Assembly (NCBI GenBank): GCA_963836205.1
Contig: CAWIIV010000015.1
Span: 128,001 to 192,000, forward strand
Source of the DNA: an uncultured Acidimicrobiia bacterium
Lineage (GTDB): Bacteria > Actinomycetota > Acidimicrobiia > Acidimicrobiales > AC-14
Reading direction: 5' to 3'
Length of the DNA stretch: 64,000 nucleotides
Shown here: piece after piece, positions 9,967 through 19,439 of the stretch
How positions within the stretch are numbered: position 1 is the stretch's first letter
Layout of the letters: each line of letters starts with the position of its first letter
The notes under the pieces: model-generated
The model's input: only the letters and a program-made list of their open reading frames with translations
What the model was told of the DNA's origin: nothing
Database searches by the model: none
Made by a program: the position numbers and the translations under genes

Positions 9967-10699
9967 ATGGCGCCGCTCCCCCGCCCGTTCGACGACGTTC
10001 TCCAGGAGGTCGGCAGCCGCCTGACCGACGAGGCGTCACGCGACTACCTGCGGTTCCACGCCCGGCGGTACCGGCACCTCCTCGCCGCAGTCGGCCGACG
10101 TCGTGGGCCACCGTCGACCGGAAGCGGTTCGGGTCCTCGACGTGGGCATCGCCTACCAGACGGCCCTCTTCCGGGCCATGTGGCCGGACCTCGTGGTCGA
10201 CACCCTCGGCTTCGGCGACGTGCGGTTCGCGCCCCGACCCACAGAGCGTCACTTCCACGTCGATCTCAACGAGACGGCGGGCGTCGAGGTGGTCGACGGG
10301 GGCCACGATCTCGTCGTCCTGGCCGAGGTCATCGAGCACCTCTACACCGCGGCGCCGACCGTCCTCGCCTTCCTCCGCCGCTTCCTCCGGACGGGCGGCA
10401 CCCTCCTCCTCCAGACGCCGAACGCCGTCGCCCTCCCCCGCCGGCTCAAGATGCTCGCCGGCCGCAATCCCACCGAACCCATCCGTCCCGACCGCTTCGA
10501 CCCCGGCCACTTCCACGAGTACACCGTCGGCGAGCTCACCGCCGCCGCCCGGGCTGCCGGCTTCGACGTCGGCCGCACCGACCTGGCCAACTACTTCGCC
10601 AACGGCGGCGCCGTCCGCCGGCGCTACAACGAGCTGGTCGCGCCCCTGCTCCCGGGCTCGCTCCGGGACGGGATCACCATGGTCCTCACCGCCCGCTAG
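9967..10699 (+). CDS. Class I SAM-dependent methyltransferase (frameshift near 10095-10125)
   Basis: N-terminus MAPLPRPF..YLRFHARRY in one frame; VRVLDVGI, DLVVLAEVIEHL, GGTLLLQTPN and HFHEYT in the next. Confidence 0.7.
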
Positions 10700-11652
10700 C
10701 GCCGGACGTACGGGTAGCGGCCGGCGAAGCCGACCCGGGCGATGCGCAGCGACCGGGCCCCGCCGCCCTTGTAGCCCACCGAGGCCGGCGTCCACCCGTG
10801 GAAGGCCATGCGCAGGTCGCCGTCGTGGTCGACGAAGAACTCCTGGCCGCCGGGGCCGGCCGCGGGCACGCCCGACCGCAGCCAGGGGCGGGCGGTGGTC
10901 GCCTTGGTGAAGGGTCCCGTCACCGAGGCCGACGTGGCGTAGCCCACCGAATACCGCCCCGACTCCCACCAGTTCGCCGAGTAGAAGAGGTAGTACCGGC
11001 CCCGGGCGTGCACCATCGAGGGGGCCTCGATCAGGGGACGCTCCCAGCGCCGGTCGTGGGACAGGAGCGCGGTCGGGCTGCCGGCGAGCGACCCGCCGTC
11101 GGCCGACAGGGGCTGGATCCAGAGGCTGGACGGGTTCTGGAGGGCGTTGTCGTCGCTCTTCCACAGCAGATAGGCGGTGCCGTCCCCGTCGACGAAGGGG
11201 CTGGGATCGATCGAGCCGCCCCGGTCGAGCTGGAACACCAATGGAGCGGTCGAGCTGTCGACGAACGGCCCCTCCGGGCTCGCCGACCGGGCCCACGAGA
11301 TCGCCTGCCGGTCCGACTGCGGCTCCCGGACGACGTAGTAGAGGACGTAGCCACCGGCCCGGGGCAGCACCACGGGCGACCAGGTGCGCCCGGCCCCCGC
11401 CCAGGCAGGCAGGGTGGGCAGGGCGTCGCCCAGGTGCGTCCACGCCACCAGGTCCGACGATCGCATGACCTGCACGTTGTGGCCGCCGGCCTCGGTGGCG
11501 TAGGCGTAGTAGGTCCCGTCCACGTGGAGGACAAAGGGGTCGGCGAAGTCGCCCGGGTGCACCGCCGCCGCCATCGCCCGTCGGCTGCGCCGGGTCAGGC
11601 GCAGGTACCAGGCCCGGAGCGGCTCGCCGACGGTGAGGCCGCGCCGCACCAC
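10696..11652 (-). CDS. Glycoside hydrolase family 43 protein
   Basis: FADPFV, WSPVV, IDPSPF, IEAPSM, YYLFYSAN and GPGG motifs of the GH43 five-bladed propeller. Confidence 0.85.
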   Translation of the reverse strand: MVRRGLTVGEPLRAWYLRLTRRSRRAMAAAVHPGDFADPFVLHVDGTYYAYATEAGGHNVQVMRSSDLVAWTHLGDALPTLPAWAGAGRTWSPVVLPRAGGYVLYYVVREPQSDRQAISWARSASPEGPFVDSSTAPLVFQLDRGGSIDPSPFVDGDGTAYLLWKSDDNALQNPSSLWIQPLSADGGSLAGSPTALLSHDRRWERPLIEAPSMVHARGRYYLFYSANWWESGRYSVGYATSASVTGPFTKATTARPWLRSGVPAAGPGGQEFFVDHDGDLRMAFHGWTPASVGYKGGGARSLRIARVGFAGRYPYVRR

Positions 11653-11925
11653 TCGACCACGACGTCGTCCCGCGGGCGACGGCCCTGCACGTTCGCCATC
11701 ACGCCGGTCGACGACGGGCTACGACTTCTCGAGCGGGATCTGGCAACCCTTCGCCCGGGCACCGCCGGCGACGAGCTCGTAGACGAGGCCGGCCGCGAGG
11801 TCGTGGCGCTCCGACCCCCCGGCCATTGCGTACACGCGTCCGCCGACCAGTTCGTGTCGTCGCTCGCTCCCCTGCTCACCCTCCACGAAGTCCACGAACG
11901 ACGTGATGGCCATGGCCTCCGTCAT
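11649..11925 (-). pseudogene. Truncated Uma2 (DUF820) family endonuclease remnant
   Basis: RHELVGGRVYAMAGGSERHD is the typical Uma2 N-terminus. The ORF stops after 68 aa and the PD...EV core is missing. Confidence 0.65.
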
Positions 11926-11982
11926 CCGCCCATCGTAGGACCGGCGCCGCCTTTGCGGTCCGCCACACCGTGGTGACGGCGC

Positions 11983-13347
11983 CTACGGGACGCGGGTGAA
12001 AGCACCCAGGCCGTGGGTGTCGGCCTCGACCACGATCGCCTCGCCCAGCTTGATGCTCTCGGTGGAGAGGAGGTCGGTGCGCTCGAGCAGCGCCGCCACC
12101 AGCGTGGCCCGGGGGACTGCGGTGGACTCGGTGTGACCGTGGATGCCGGCCCGGGTCGACAGGAGCGACACCGGACGGGTGGCTTGCCCCCACAGGTCGA
12201 GGAGCGACCGGGGAGTCGCGTTGCGGCTCCCGTGGTGACCGACCTTGTAGAGGTCGATGGCGCCCAGCCGCCTCTTGAGCGCCGGGCTCCTCTTGAGACG
12301 GTCGAGGGTGAACTGCCAGTTCTCGATCTGCCCGTCGCCGGGGAAGAGGAGGCGCCGGTCGCCGACCTTCAGCAACAGGATCAGGCTGGTGTTGTTCAGG
12401 GCGTCGTCGAGTGATCGGACGATGCGCTGGAGGGAGTGCATCTGCTGGCTTCGCAGCCGGTCGGCCAGCCAGCGGGCGGGCCCGGCCGGGATCAGCTGTT
12501 CGAGATCGGAGACGCCCTCGGCCAGCGCCTCGGCGGCCGCGGCCTGGTCGCCGGCGGTCTCGCCCACCGGGTCGTCGTCGTCGGGGTCGCCCAGGTCGAG
12601 CGTTCCCAGGGGAAGGCCGGTCGTGACCACTCCCTGGTAGAGCATCCAGTACTCGGGGTCGCGGGCCCGGGCGTTGACGACGCCGGGGAACTGGTCGACC
12701 GTCGGGGGCCCCAGTACCTCCACCCCCAGGCCGGGGACGATCGACTCGATCTTCGACGCCACCCCGGCGTGGAGGTACTCCCCGTCCGTCGCGGCCGACC
12801 ACTTCCTCAGCCGTTCGATCGCCTCCGCGTTCTTGAGCTGGTCCTCGGCCATCCGCCGGACCCGGCCCCGCAGGCTCGACGTGCTGGCGCTGCTGTCGAT
12901 GGCGCCCGCCAGCGCGTGGGCGAAGCCCTCCGCGTCCCCGAGGCTCTTGAGCAGCCCCCGGGATCTGGTGCCGACGAGACCGGTGGCATTGGCCGGGATG
13001 TCGGGCTCCTCGGTCCAGGGCCGCACCACGAGGTCGGGATGCAGCTTCGCCAGGACGTCGGCGGCGGCCTGGTTGCCGAAACCGGACAGATGGTCGCGGT
13101 GGCGGTGGGTGACGATCACCACGTCGAGCTTGCCGTCGCAGTCGGCCGTGATCTGGTTGGCGAGGGCCTCCATGTTGAGCTTCGCCCGAGTCGGAGAGTG
13201 CGTGCTGCCGAAGTCGATCAGCACGTGGCGCTCCTTCCGTCCACCGGGGACGGGAGGCTGGGCGTAGCGGAGGCTGAGCAGGAAGCAGTCGCCGAAGCCG
13301 ACCTGGTACATCCGCACCGTGACGTGCTCGGGAACGATCGAAGGCAT
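11983..13347 (-). CDS. ComEC/Rec2-type metallo-beta-lactamase-fold hydrolase (putative nuclease), cytoplasmic
   Basis: RMYQVGFGDCFLL, LIDFG, THRHRDH (HxHxDH), NNTSLIL, LFPGD, YKVGHHGSRNAT; no TM segment or signal peptide; starts 3 nt after the protease stop. Confidence 0.8.
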   Translation of the reverse strand: MPSIVPEHVTVRMYQVGFGDCFLLSLRYAQPPVPGGRKERHVLIDFGSTHSPTRAKLNMEALANQITADCDGKLDVVIVTHRHRDHLSGFGNQAAADVLAKLHPDLVVRPWTEEPDIPANATGLVGTRSRGLLKSLGDAEGFAHALAGAIDSSASTSSLRGRVRRMAEDQLKNAEAIERLRKWSAATDGEYLHAGVASKIESIVPGLGVEVLGPPTVDQFPGVVNARARDPEYWMLYQGVVTTGLPLGTLDLGDPDDDDPVGETAGDQAAAAEALAEGVSDLEQLIPAGPARWLADRLRSQQMHSLQRIVRSLDDALNNTSLILLLKVGDRRLLFPGDGQIENWQFTLDRLKRSPALKRRLGAIDLYKVGHHGSRNATPRSLLDLWGQATRPVSLLSTRAGIHGHTESTAVPRATLVAALLERTDLLSTESIKLGEAIVVEADTHGLGAFTRVP

Positions 13348-13349
13348 CG

Positions 13350-15110
13350 CTACCACGCCTCCCCGGCCTGTCCGGCCGGCTGGTGGAGGGCGGCGAAGCG
13401 TTGCCCCTTGGCCGCGCCGGTCGAGAACCCGAGCCGGGCGCTGCTGTCGAACACACCGCTGCGGGCCAGGAAGTTGAGCCGATCCGTCTGGCGTCGCGGG
13501 TCCCCCAGGGGCTTTCGGATGTGGTATTTGGCCCGGCCGAACTGATCGAACACGAGTGTCCCCCCGCCGAAGAGCTGCACCTTCGTCTCCGGGCGCAGCA
13601 GCATGCTCAGCTCGACGGCCTCCCCGTCGCCGCCGCTCGCCTTCGCCCACCGCCGGGCCAGCTTCCGGAACTCGGCGACGGTCAAGTCGTGCAGCTGGAC
13701 GTAGTCGGCCACCGCCTCGTTCACCACCAAGCCGTCGGGGCCGACCCGAACCGCGGGGCGCACCGACTCGACGTGGGTGTAGAAGCTGGTGTCGACCCCG
13801 AGCCAGGCGGCGTTCTCCCACACGAACCGGAAGACCTCGTCGACGTCGGTGCGGAGTGCACCGAAGTTCAGGCCCCGGTACGCCGGCGGCGTCGGGAGGG
13901 TGGCCAGGTTCACCACCCGGCCGTCGGTCGGCTGCGCGATCCCGAAGCGCTTGAAGCTCTTGATCAGCGTCTTGCGGTAGGAGCGGACGTCGTCGGGCGC
14001 GACTTCGGCGTCGGCCAGCAGGACGGCGCCCAGGAAGTCCTCGAACTCGAAGTCGACGGGCGGGAGGTAGTCGATCGCCCGCAGGCTCATGCGCAGGAGG
14101 TGCTCGGCCGACTTGGCGCCCTCCTCACCGGCCCGGTCGCGGTCGAGGCGGAGGTCGTGGCCCATCAGGGCGGTCAGGCGGTTGGTCCAGATCCCGACCA
14201 GGGCGTCGAGGACGGCCGCGACCAGGATCTCCCCCCGCAGGTGGGACTCCTCCCACACCCGGTTCGTGCGCCAGTCGGCCGGCAGTTTGAGGATCGCCGA
14301 CTGGCGGAGCCCGCCCCGGGTGCCGTTGAGAGCCCCGCCCATCTGCTCGGCCAGGGACAGGAGCAGGCCGGCCCGGAGCACTGGGGCGCTCACCTTGACC
14401 GCGTCGATCCGTCCGTCCGCCTCGGCGGGGCCGAGCGCCAGGTTCATGACCTCCTTGACCGAGAACACCGACAGGAGGGCGACGATGTCGGCCAGCGCCT
14501 CGTGGAAGGCGGCCTGGTCGGGCAGGCTCGGCTCGAGGAAGCGGTGGCGCAGGCCGTCGAGGACGGCGTGGGCCGTCTCGTGGGCCACCACGTCGTGCGA
14601 CAGGCAGGTGAAGGTGAGCTCCCGGCCGGGGTCGAAGTATCCGAAGAGCACGGCCCGGTCGTCGTCGGAGTAGTAGGCGTTGGCCTCCTTGAAGGCGTGG
14701 GGGACGAGGTAGAGCTGATGGCCGTTGAACGACCACGGCAACCGCCGGCCCAACGCCGACTCGAAGGCGGCCAGCGTGCGGGCGGCGATGGCGTAGACGT
14801 TCTGGGCGTGGAAGGCGGGGTCGGTGAGGATGTCGCGGTTGGTGATGGTGGCGAAACGGTCCTGGTAGACGAGGTTTCCGTGCTCGTCAGCCACGGTGAG
14901 CACGGCCGGCGGGGTGAGCTTGCCGGTGGTGGCGTCGTAGTCGACGGTGAGGAACCGGGCCGACGTCGGCCCCGGATCGAGCCGCTGCACCGGCACCCGC
15001 ACCTTGGCCGTGAGAATGCGCCCGTTGGCCTTCTTGACCCAAGGGTCCTGGGCGACGATGGTCATCTCCACCGTCTGGGGGGCCAAGTCCGACTGGATAA
15101 GCACGCTCAT
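13350..15110 (-). CDS. Thermolysin-like (M4/M36-like gluzincin) zinc metallopeptidase without signal peptide
   Basis: ANAYY, DVVAHETAH (HExxH), AFHEALADI (third ligand), EESHLRG; no signal or propeptide visible; start approximate. Confidence 0.75.
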   Translation of the reverse strand: MSVLIQSDLAPQTVEMTIVAQDPWVKKANGRILTAKVRVPVQRLDPGPTSARFLTVDYDATTGKLTPPAVLTVADEHGNLVYQDRFATITNRDILTDPAFHAQNVYAIAARTLAAFESALGRRLPWSFNGHQLYLVPHAFKEANAYYSDDDRAVLFGYFDPGRELTFTCLSHDVVAHETAHAVLDGLRHRFLEPSLPDQAAFHEALADIVALLSVFSVKEVMNLALGPAEADGRIDAVKVSAPVLRAGLLLSLAEQMGGALNGTRGGLRQSAILKLPADWRTNRVWEESHLRGEILVAAVLDALVGIWTNRLTALMGHDLRLDRDRAGEEGAKSAEHLLRMSLRAIDYLPPVDFEFEDFLGAVLLADAEVAPDDVRSYRKTLIKSFKRFGIAQPTDGRVVNLATLPTPPAYRGLNFGALRTDVDEVFRFVWENAAWLGVDTSFYTHVESVRPAVRVGPDGLVVNEAVADYVQLHDLTVAEFRKLARRWAKASGGDGEAVELSMLLRPETKVQLFGGGTLVFDQFGRAKYHIRKPLGDPRRQTDRLNFLARSGVFDSSARLGFSTGAAKGQRFAALHQPAGQAGEAW

Positions 15111-15197
15111 GCCGTCCACGCTCCCACCATCCGCCGTCGCTCCCGTTTTAGGCCGCGGGACCACGTTCGTCAACCGCCGTCCGTTCGAGGAGGCGCC

Positions 15198-15224
15198 GGT
15201 CACATCGGAGTGAGCCGATCCGTC
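15198..15224 (+). promoter_or_regulatory. ECF41-type promoter upstream of the sigma gene
   Basis: GGTCACA (15198-15204), N16, CGTC (15221-15224); close to the ECF41 consensus TGTCACA-N16-CGTC. Confidence 0.7.
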
Positions 15225-15261
15225 ATAGTCCGTGACGGATCGCGACCGGAGAAGGGTGACG

Positions 15262-16140
15262 ATGGACAACGCCGATTGGCTGACAGACCAGTTCGAGGCG
15301 AGCCGACCGCACCTGCGGGCGGTCGCCTACCGGATGCTCGGCTCCCATGCCGAGGCCGAGGACGCGGTGCAGGAGGCGTGGCTCCGGCTCAACCGCGCCG
15401 ACCGCTCCGGCGTCGAGAACTTGGGCGGCTGGCTGACGACGGTGGTCGCCCGGGTCTGCCTCGACAGCCTGCGCTCCCGCAGGACTCGCCGGGAGGAGCC
15501 GGCCGGCACGCAGCCGGCAGAGGCGACAGCCGGCCTGCGCGCCCCTGACGACGACCCCGAGCACCAGGCCCTCCTAGGTGACTCGGTCGGGTCCGCCCTC
15601 CTCGTCGTGCTCGACCTGCTGGCTCCCGCGGAGCGGGTCGCGTTCGTGCTCCACGACGTGTTCGCGGTGCCGTTCGACGAGATCGCCGACATCGTCGGCC
15701 GCTCACCCGAGGCCGCCCGCCAGCTCGCCAGCCGGGCCCGTCGCCGGGTCCGGGGCACCGACAGCGCTCCCGAGGTCGATCTCGTCCGCCAACGCCAGGT
15801 CGTCGACGCGTTCCTCGCCGCCGCCCGCAGCGGGGACTTCGACGGCCTGGTGGCCCTGCTCGACCCCGATGTCGTCCTCCGCCCCGACGCCGCCGCCCTG
15901 AGCATGGGGTCGTTGCCGGTGACCCACGGTGCGACCGAAGTCGCCGCCGCGCTCGCCGGTGGTGCCAGGGCAGCCCGGGTCGCCCTGCTCGACGGCGTCG
16001 CCGGACTGGTCTGGGCCCCGGGCGGACGGACCCGGAGCGTGATCGCCTTCACGGTGGTCGACGGGAGAATCGTCGAGATCGACGTCACCGCCGATCCCGA
16101 GCGCATCTCCGACATCGACATCGTCCTCGTCACCGACTGA
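15262..16140 (+). CDS. ECF sigma-70 factor with C-terminal SnoaL-like extension (ECF41/SigJ-like)
   Basis: LRAVAYRMLGSHAEAEDAVQEAWLR, ERVAFVLHDVF, RQLASRARR, then AFLAAARSGDFDGLVALLDPDVV. Confidence 0.9.
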   Translation: MDNADWLTDQFEASRPHLRAVAYRMLGSHAEAEDAVQEAWLRLNRADRSGVENLGGWLTTVVARVCLDSLRSRRTRREEPAGTQPAEATAGLRAPDDDPEHQALLGDSVGSALLVVLDLLAPAERVAFVLHDVFAVPFDEIADIVGRSPEAARQLASRARRRVRGTDSAPEVDLVRQRQVVDAFLAAARSGDFDGLVALLDPDVVLRPDAAALSMGSLPVTHGATEVAAALAGGARAARVALLDGVAGLVWAPGGRTRSVIAFTVVDGRIVEIDVTADPERISDIDIVLVTD

Positions 16141-16162
16141 TCGCCACCCGCGGTCGGCCGCC

Positions 16163-16189
16163 GGTCACATCCGCCCCGTCGTATCCGTC
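16163..16189 (+). promoter_or_regulatory. Second ECF41-type promoter upstream of the YciI gene
   Basis: GGTCACA (16163-16169), N16, CGTC (16186-16189); identical geometry to the site at 15198. Confidence 0.7.
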
Positions 16190-16223
16190 AGAGAGGTGAC
16201 GGATACGACCACGAGGAGGACCG

Positions 16224-16583
16224 ATGCAATTCGTGCTGCTCATCTACCAAGGCACCACTCCCCTACCCGGGTCGGACGCGTGGGACGCCCTCCCGGCCGA
16301 CGAGCAGAAGCAGATCTACGCCGACTACGGCGCCCTCAACCACGCACCCGGCGTCACGCCCGGCCTCCCTCTGGGGCTGCCCGAGCAGGCCACCACGGTG
16401 CGGGTGGAGGGCGGCAAGCCGGTCACGGCCGAGGGCCCGTACGTCGGGATGAAGGAAGCCGTCGCTGGCTATTTCGTCCTCGAGGCCGACGACATCGACA
16501 CGGCCATCGAGCTGGCGGCCCAGGTCCCGGCCGCTCGTCTCGGCGGCGCCATCGAGGTCCGTCCGGTCGAGAAGTACTGGTAA
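16224..16583 (+). CDS. YciI (DGPF-domain) family protein
   Basis: MQFVLLIY, ATTVRV, EGPY..KEAVAGYFVLEA, GAIEVRPV; AGGAGG RBS. Confidence 0.9.
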   Translation: MQFVLLIYQGTTPLPGSDAWDALPADEQKQIYADYGALNHAPGVTPGLPLGLPEQATTVRVEGGKPVTAEGPYVGMKEAVAGYFVLEADDIDTAIELAAQVPAARLGGAIEVRPVEKYW

Positions 16584-16804
16584 CACCCCAAGTTGGCGCC
16601 GACGACCACGGCGGCGGGACGCTGGCCGAGGGGTCCCGGTCGCGGGCGGCACGGGCCGGGCGCAGGGGGCACGACGTCCGCTCGGGTAGTCTCGGCGCTC
16701 GGTCGGCGGGGGAGGTCGGCGATGGCGGTCGGAACGGACGGGTACGGCGACAACCGGTTCCCCGGGACCCCACTCGCGAGCCCGGCCCCCACGGGCGCCG
16801 ACCG

Positions 16805-18847
16805 ATGACCAGCGACGGGCGGGAGGCAGTCGAGCTCCGGGTCCACGGCGTCGGAGGAGCCCACGGGGCCAAGATGCTGGGCTACGAGTCGTTGGCGGAC
16901 GACGTCGTCGTCGTAGAGAGGGGCAAGGACACCCGGATCCTCGCCCGCAGTCGCGACTCGAGTGTCGAGAGCTACGACTGGGGCGATCTGACCTCCGGAT
17001 CGGGCTTACGGTCCCTGTGGATCGTCCTCCTGCCGTTCACCCTGATGAACGTCGCCGGCTGGATGCACCCGCCCGTCGACCAGAGCTCGCCGGGCACCGT
17101 GAGGTGGATCCGCAGGCTCGTCCATTTCCTCTCGCTGATGCTCACGGCCATCTACGTGATCACGCTCGGGGTCATCGTGGTCGACCTGATCGGTTGGCAG
17201 TGGTCGCGGCGTTTGGCCCTGCCCGACAACGAAGCCGGCTACCCCGTGGCGCTCGAGTCGACGCTCGGCACCACCCGTTGGGTGTCGACTGCGGCCCTGA
17301 TCGTCGTCGCAGTCCTGATCGGGGGGCTCCGGCTTCTGGCCGGACGGTCGCAGCTGCGGTTCGAGCGGAAGGAGCCCGCAGCCGAGTTGCGCGCGGGCCT
17401 CACCGGGGAGGAACCGTGGGGCGACGACGAACGGCTGACCAGTCGTGGCTTCTTCTTCCACCCCGACGCTGCCTCGCGACTCTTGTTCCGTCATACCGTG
17501 GTCGCGGGACTGAGCTTCGCGGTCGTGGCCGGACTGACCGTCTGGCGGGCCTGGCTCCACCCGAGGAAGCTGGACGAGAGCCTGAAGATCTACGAAGCGC
17601 TCACCCTGCCCACAGTGTTCGTCATCGCCTCGATCTTCGTGCTGGCCTTCCTGTCGCGACGCAGCCCGCGGAGCGCCGGTCACCCGTGGGTCTCGGGCGG
17701 CCCTGCGATCGCGGCCACGCTCGCCTTCGCCGTGCTCAACGCAGTCTCCGCCGGCATTCACGTGCTCCTGATCCTGGTCCTCAACGTCTTGCCGCCGAGG
17801 CCGGAAGCCGCCGAACGCCTACGGGCGGGACCGGAGGTCAACGCGGTCGACCTGTGGGGCGTGGTCTCCATCGTCTTGGTGCTGGCGGGGCTCACGCTCT
17901 ACGTCCTGGCCAGGCATCGTCGGCCGCCAGACGACCTCCCGCCACGGACGACGCCGGTCGACCTCCCGCCCGACGGAGCCGACGAAGCGGTCAGAAAGGC
18001 CGTCGCCAAGAGCCGCTTCATCGCCCTCCTCGCCCGCCGCAGCGGTCGCATGGCGCAGGGCCTGGCGGCGGCGCTGCTGCTCTCGTACACCGTGCTGGTC
18101 CTCTACCGGATCATCAGGGCCGACGGCATCTTCCTCCCCGCTCCCCGCGACCTCACGAGCCCCCTCTACGTCATCGGCTCGGGCGTGCTGCTGCTGGTGG
18201 TCGCCGTGCTCGTGCTCATGGTGCGCCAGTCGTTCGGCGGTGCCCAGACGCTCGCGTCGACCCTGTGGGACGTCCTGACCTTCTGGCCCCGCCGATTCTC
18301 GCCGCTCGCCGTCCGGGCCTACTCGGAACAGGCGATCCCGGAGCTGCAGGGCCGCATCGTCCACCACGTGCGCGGCGACGACCGGCCCCGGGCCCTCGTC
18401 CTGAGCGCCCACAGCCAGGGCTCGATCCTCGGGTTCGCCGCCCTCGACTCCCTTCCCGACGACGACCTCCGCCACGTCGCCTTCGTCACCTACGGATCGC
18501 CGATCTCCACCATCTACACCACCTTCTTCCCCGCCTGCTTCGGGGGCGACGAGGTCGGGCAGCTCCGGTCACGGGTGCCGTCCCCCGGCACGGGGCTGGT
18601 GGGATGGAAGAACTTCTACCGGCAGACCGATCCCATCGGCGGGCCCGCCTTCGGGGAATCCGATCCCGCCGACCAGGAGCTGGCCGACCCCTTCCCCGGC
18701 ACGGCCGCCGACCCGGACCCGTCGACCCCGCCTCGGGAGCGTGACCGGCCACCCTGGACCCAGGTCGCCGGCCACTCCCACTACCACGCCGAACCGGTGC
18801 TCAAGCGCTGGGTCGCCGCGGTCAGGTCGGCGTTGACGCAGGCGTAG
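16805..18847 (+). CDS. Polytopic membrane protein with split alpha/beta-hydrolase (lipase-like) domain
   Basis: N-terminal ELRVHGVGG, many TM segments, C-terminal LWDV.TFWPR, SAHSQG nucleophile elbow, TYGSP, TDPIGG and GHSHY. Confidence 0.75.
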   Translation: MTSDGREAVELRVHGVGGAHGAKMLGYESLADDVVVVERGKDTRILARSRDSSVESYDWGDLTSGSGLRSLWIVLLPFTLMNVAGWMHPPVDQSSPGTVRWIRRLVHFLSLMLTAIYVITLGVIVVDLIGWQWSRRLALPDNEAGYPVALESTLGTTRWVSTAALIVVAVLIGGLRLLAGRSQLRFERKEPAAELRAGLTGEEPWGDDERLTSRGFFFHPDAASRLLFRHTVVAGLSFAVVAGLTVWRAWLHPRKLDESLKIYEALTLPTVFVIASIFVLAFLSRRSPRSAGHPWVSGGPAIAATLAFAVLNAVSAGIHVLLILVLNVLPPRPEAAERLRAGPEVNAVDLWGVVSIVLVLAGLTLYVLARHRRPPDDLPPRTTPVDLPPDGADEAVRKAVAKSRFIALLARRSGRMAQGLAAALLLSYTVLVLYRIIRADGIFLPAPRDLTSPLYVIGSGVLLLVVAVLVLMVRQSFGGAQTLASTLWDVLTFWPRRFSPLAVRAYSEQAIPELQGRIVHHVRGDDRPRALVLSAHSQGSILGFAALDSLPDDDLRHVAFVTYGSPISTIYTTFFPACFGGDEVGQLRSRVPSPGTGLVGWKNFYRQTDPIGGPAFGESDPADQELADPFPGTAADPDPSTPPRERDRPPWTQVAGHSHYHAEPVLKRWVAAVRSALTQA

Positions 18848-18989
18848 GCCGGCGGTGCTACGGTGCGCCGATCACGGAGGCGCGCCAGAGCGGAGCACTC
18901 GGGGATGCCCATGCGCTCGGTCTGTCGTCGGTCTACCGGCAGGTGCCCGTCCTGCCGCCGCTGGCGCGTCCGACCCTACGGGCATCGGT

Positions 18990-19403
18990 TCAGGCCTGCG
19001 GCTGACCGATGTTGACCATCCACGCGACGCCGAACTGATCGATGCACATGCCGAACTCATCGCCCCACATCTGCGTCTCCAAGGGGACCGCGACGCTTCC
19101 GTTGGCCGACAGGTTTTCCCAGTAGCCGCGCAGCTCGTCGGCGTCGTCCCCGCTCAGGCTCACCGCGATGTTGTTGCCGGGCGAATGCTCCATCCCAGGT
19201 GGCGTGTCGGCCCCCATGAGCGTGAAACCGCTCGGGGTTTCCAGCATGCCGTGCATGATGTTGTCGGCACCGGGGCCGTCGCCTCCGCCGTATTCACCGA
19301 AGGTGTTCACATGCAACGTGCCGCCGAAGACGCTCTCGTAGAACTCCAGGGCGGCCCGAGCATTGCCGTCGAAGGTGATGTAGGGATTGAGTCGAGAGCT
19401 CAC
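18990..19403 (-). CDS. VOC/PhnB (glyoxalase-like) family protein
   Basis: LNPYITFDGNARAALEFYESVFGG..IMHG..WGDEFGMCIDQFGVAWMVN; AAGGAGG RBS before GTG 19403. Confidence 0.9.
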   Translation of the reverse strand: MSSRLNPYITFDGNARAALEFYESVFGGTLHVNTFGEYGGGDGPGADNIMHGMLETPSGFTLMGADTPPGMEHSPGNNIAVSLSGDDADELRGYWENLSANGSVAVPLETQMWGDEFGMCIDQFGVAWMVNIGQPQA

Positions 19404-19439
19404 CTGATCCTCCTTGGTCGCGTCCAGCCGGTCCTCAGA

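Noticed and set aside
9298-11976. Long Arg/Gly/Pro-rich ORFs (e.g. 9298..11976, 13383..15548, 34280..36556, 51239..54358)
   Set aside because: Shadow ORFs typical of high-GC DNA, overlapping well-supported genes in other frames or on the other strand.
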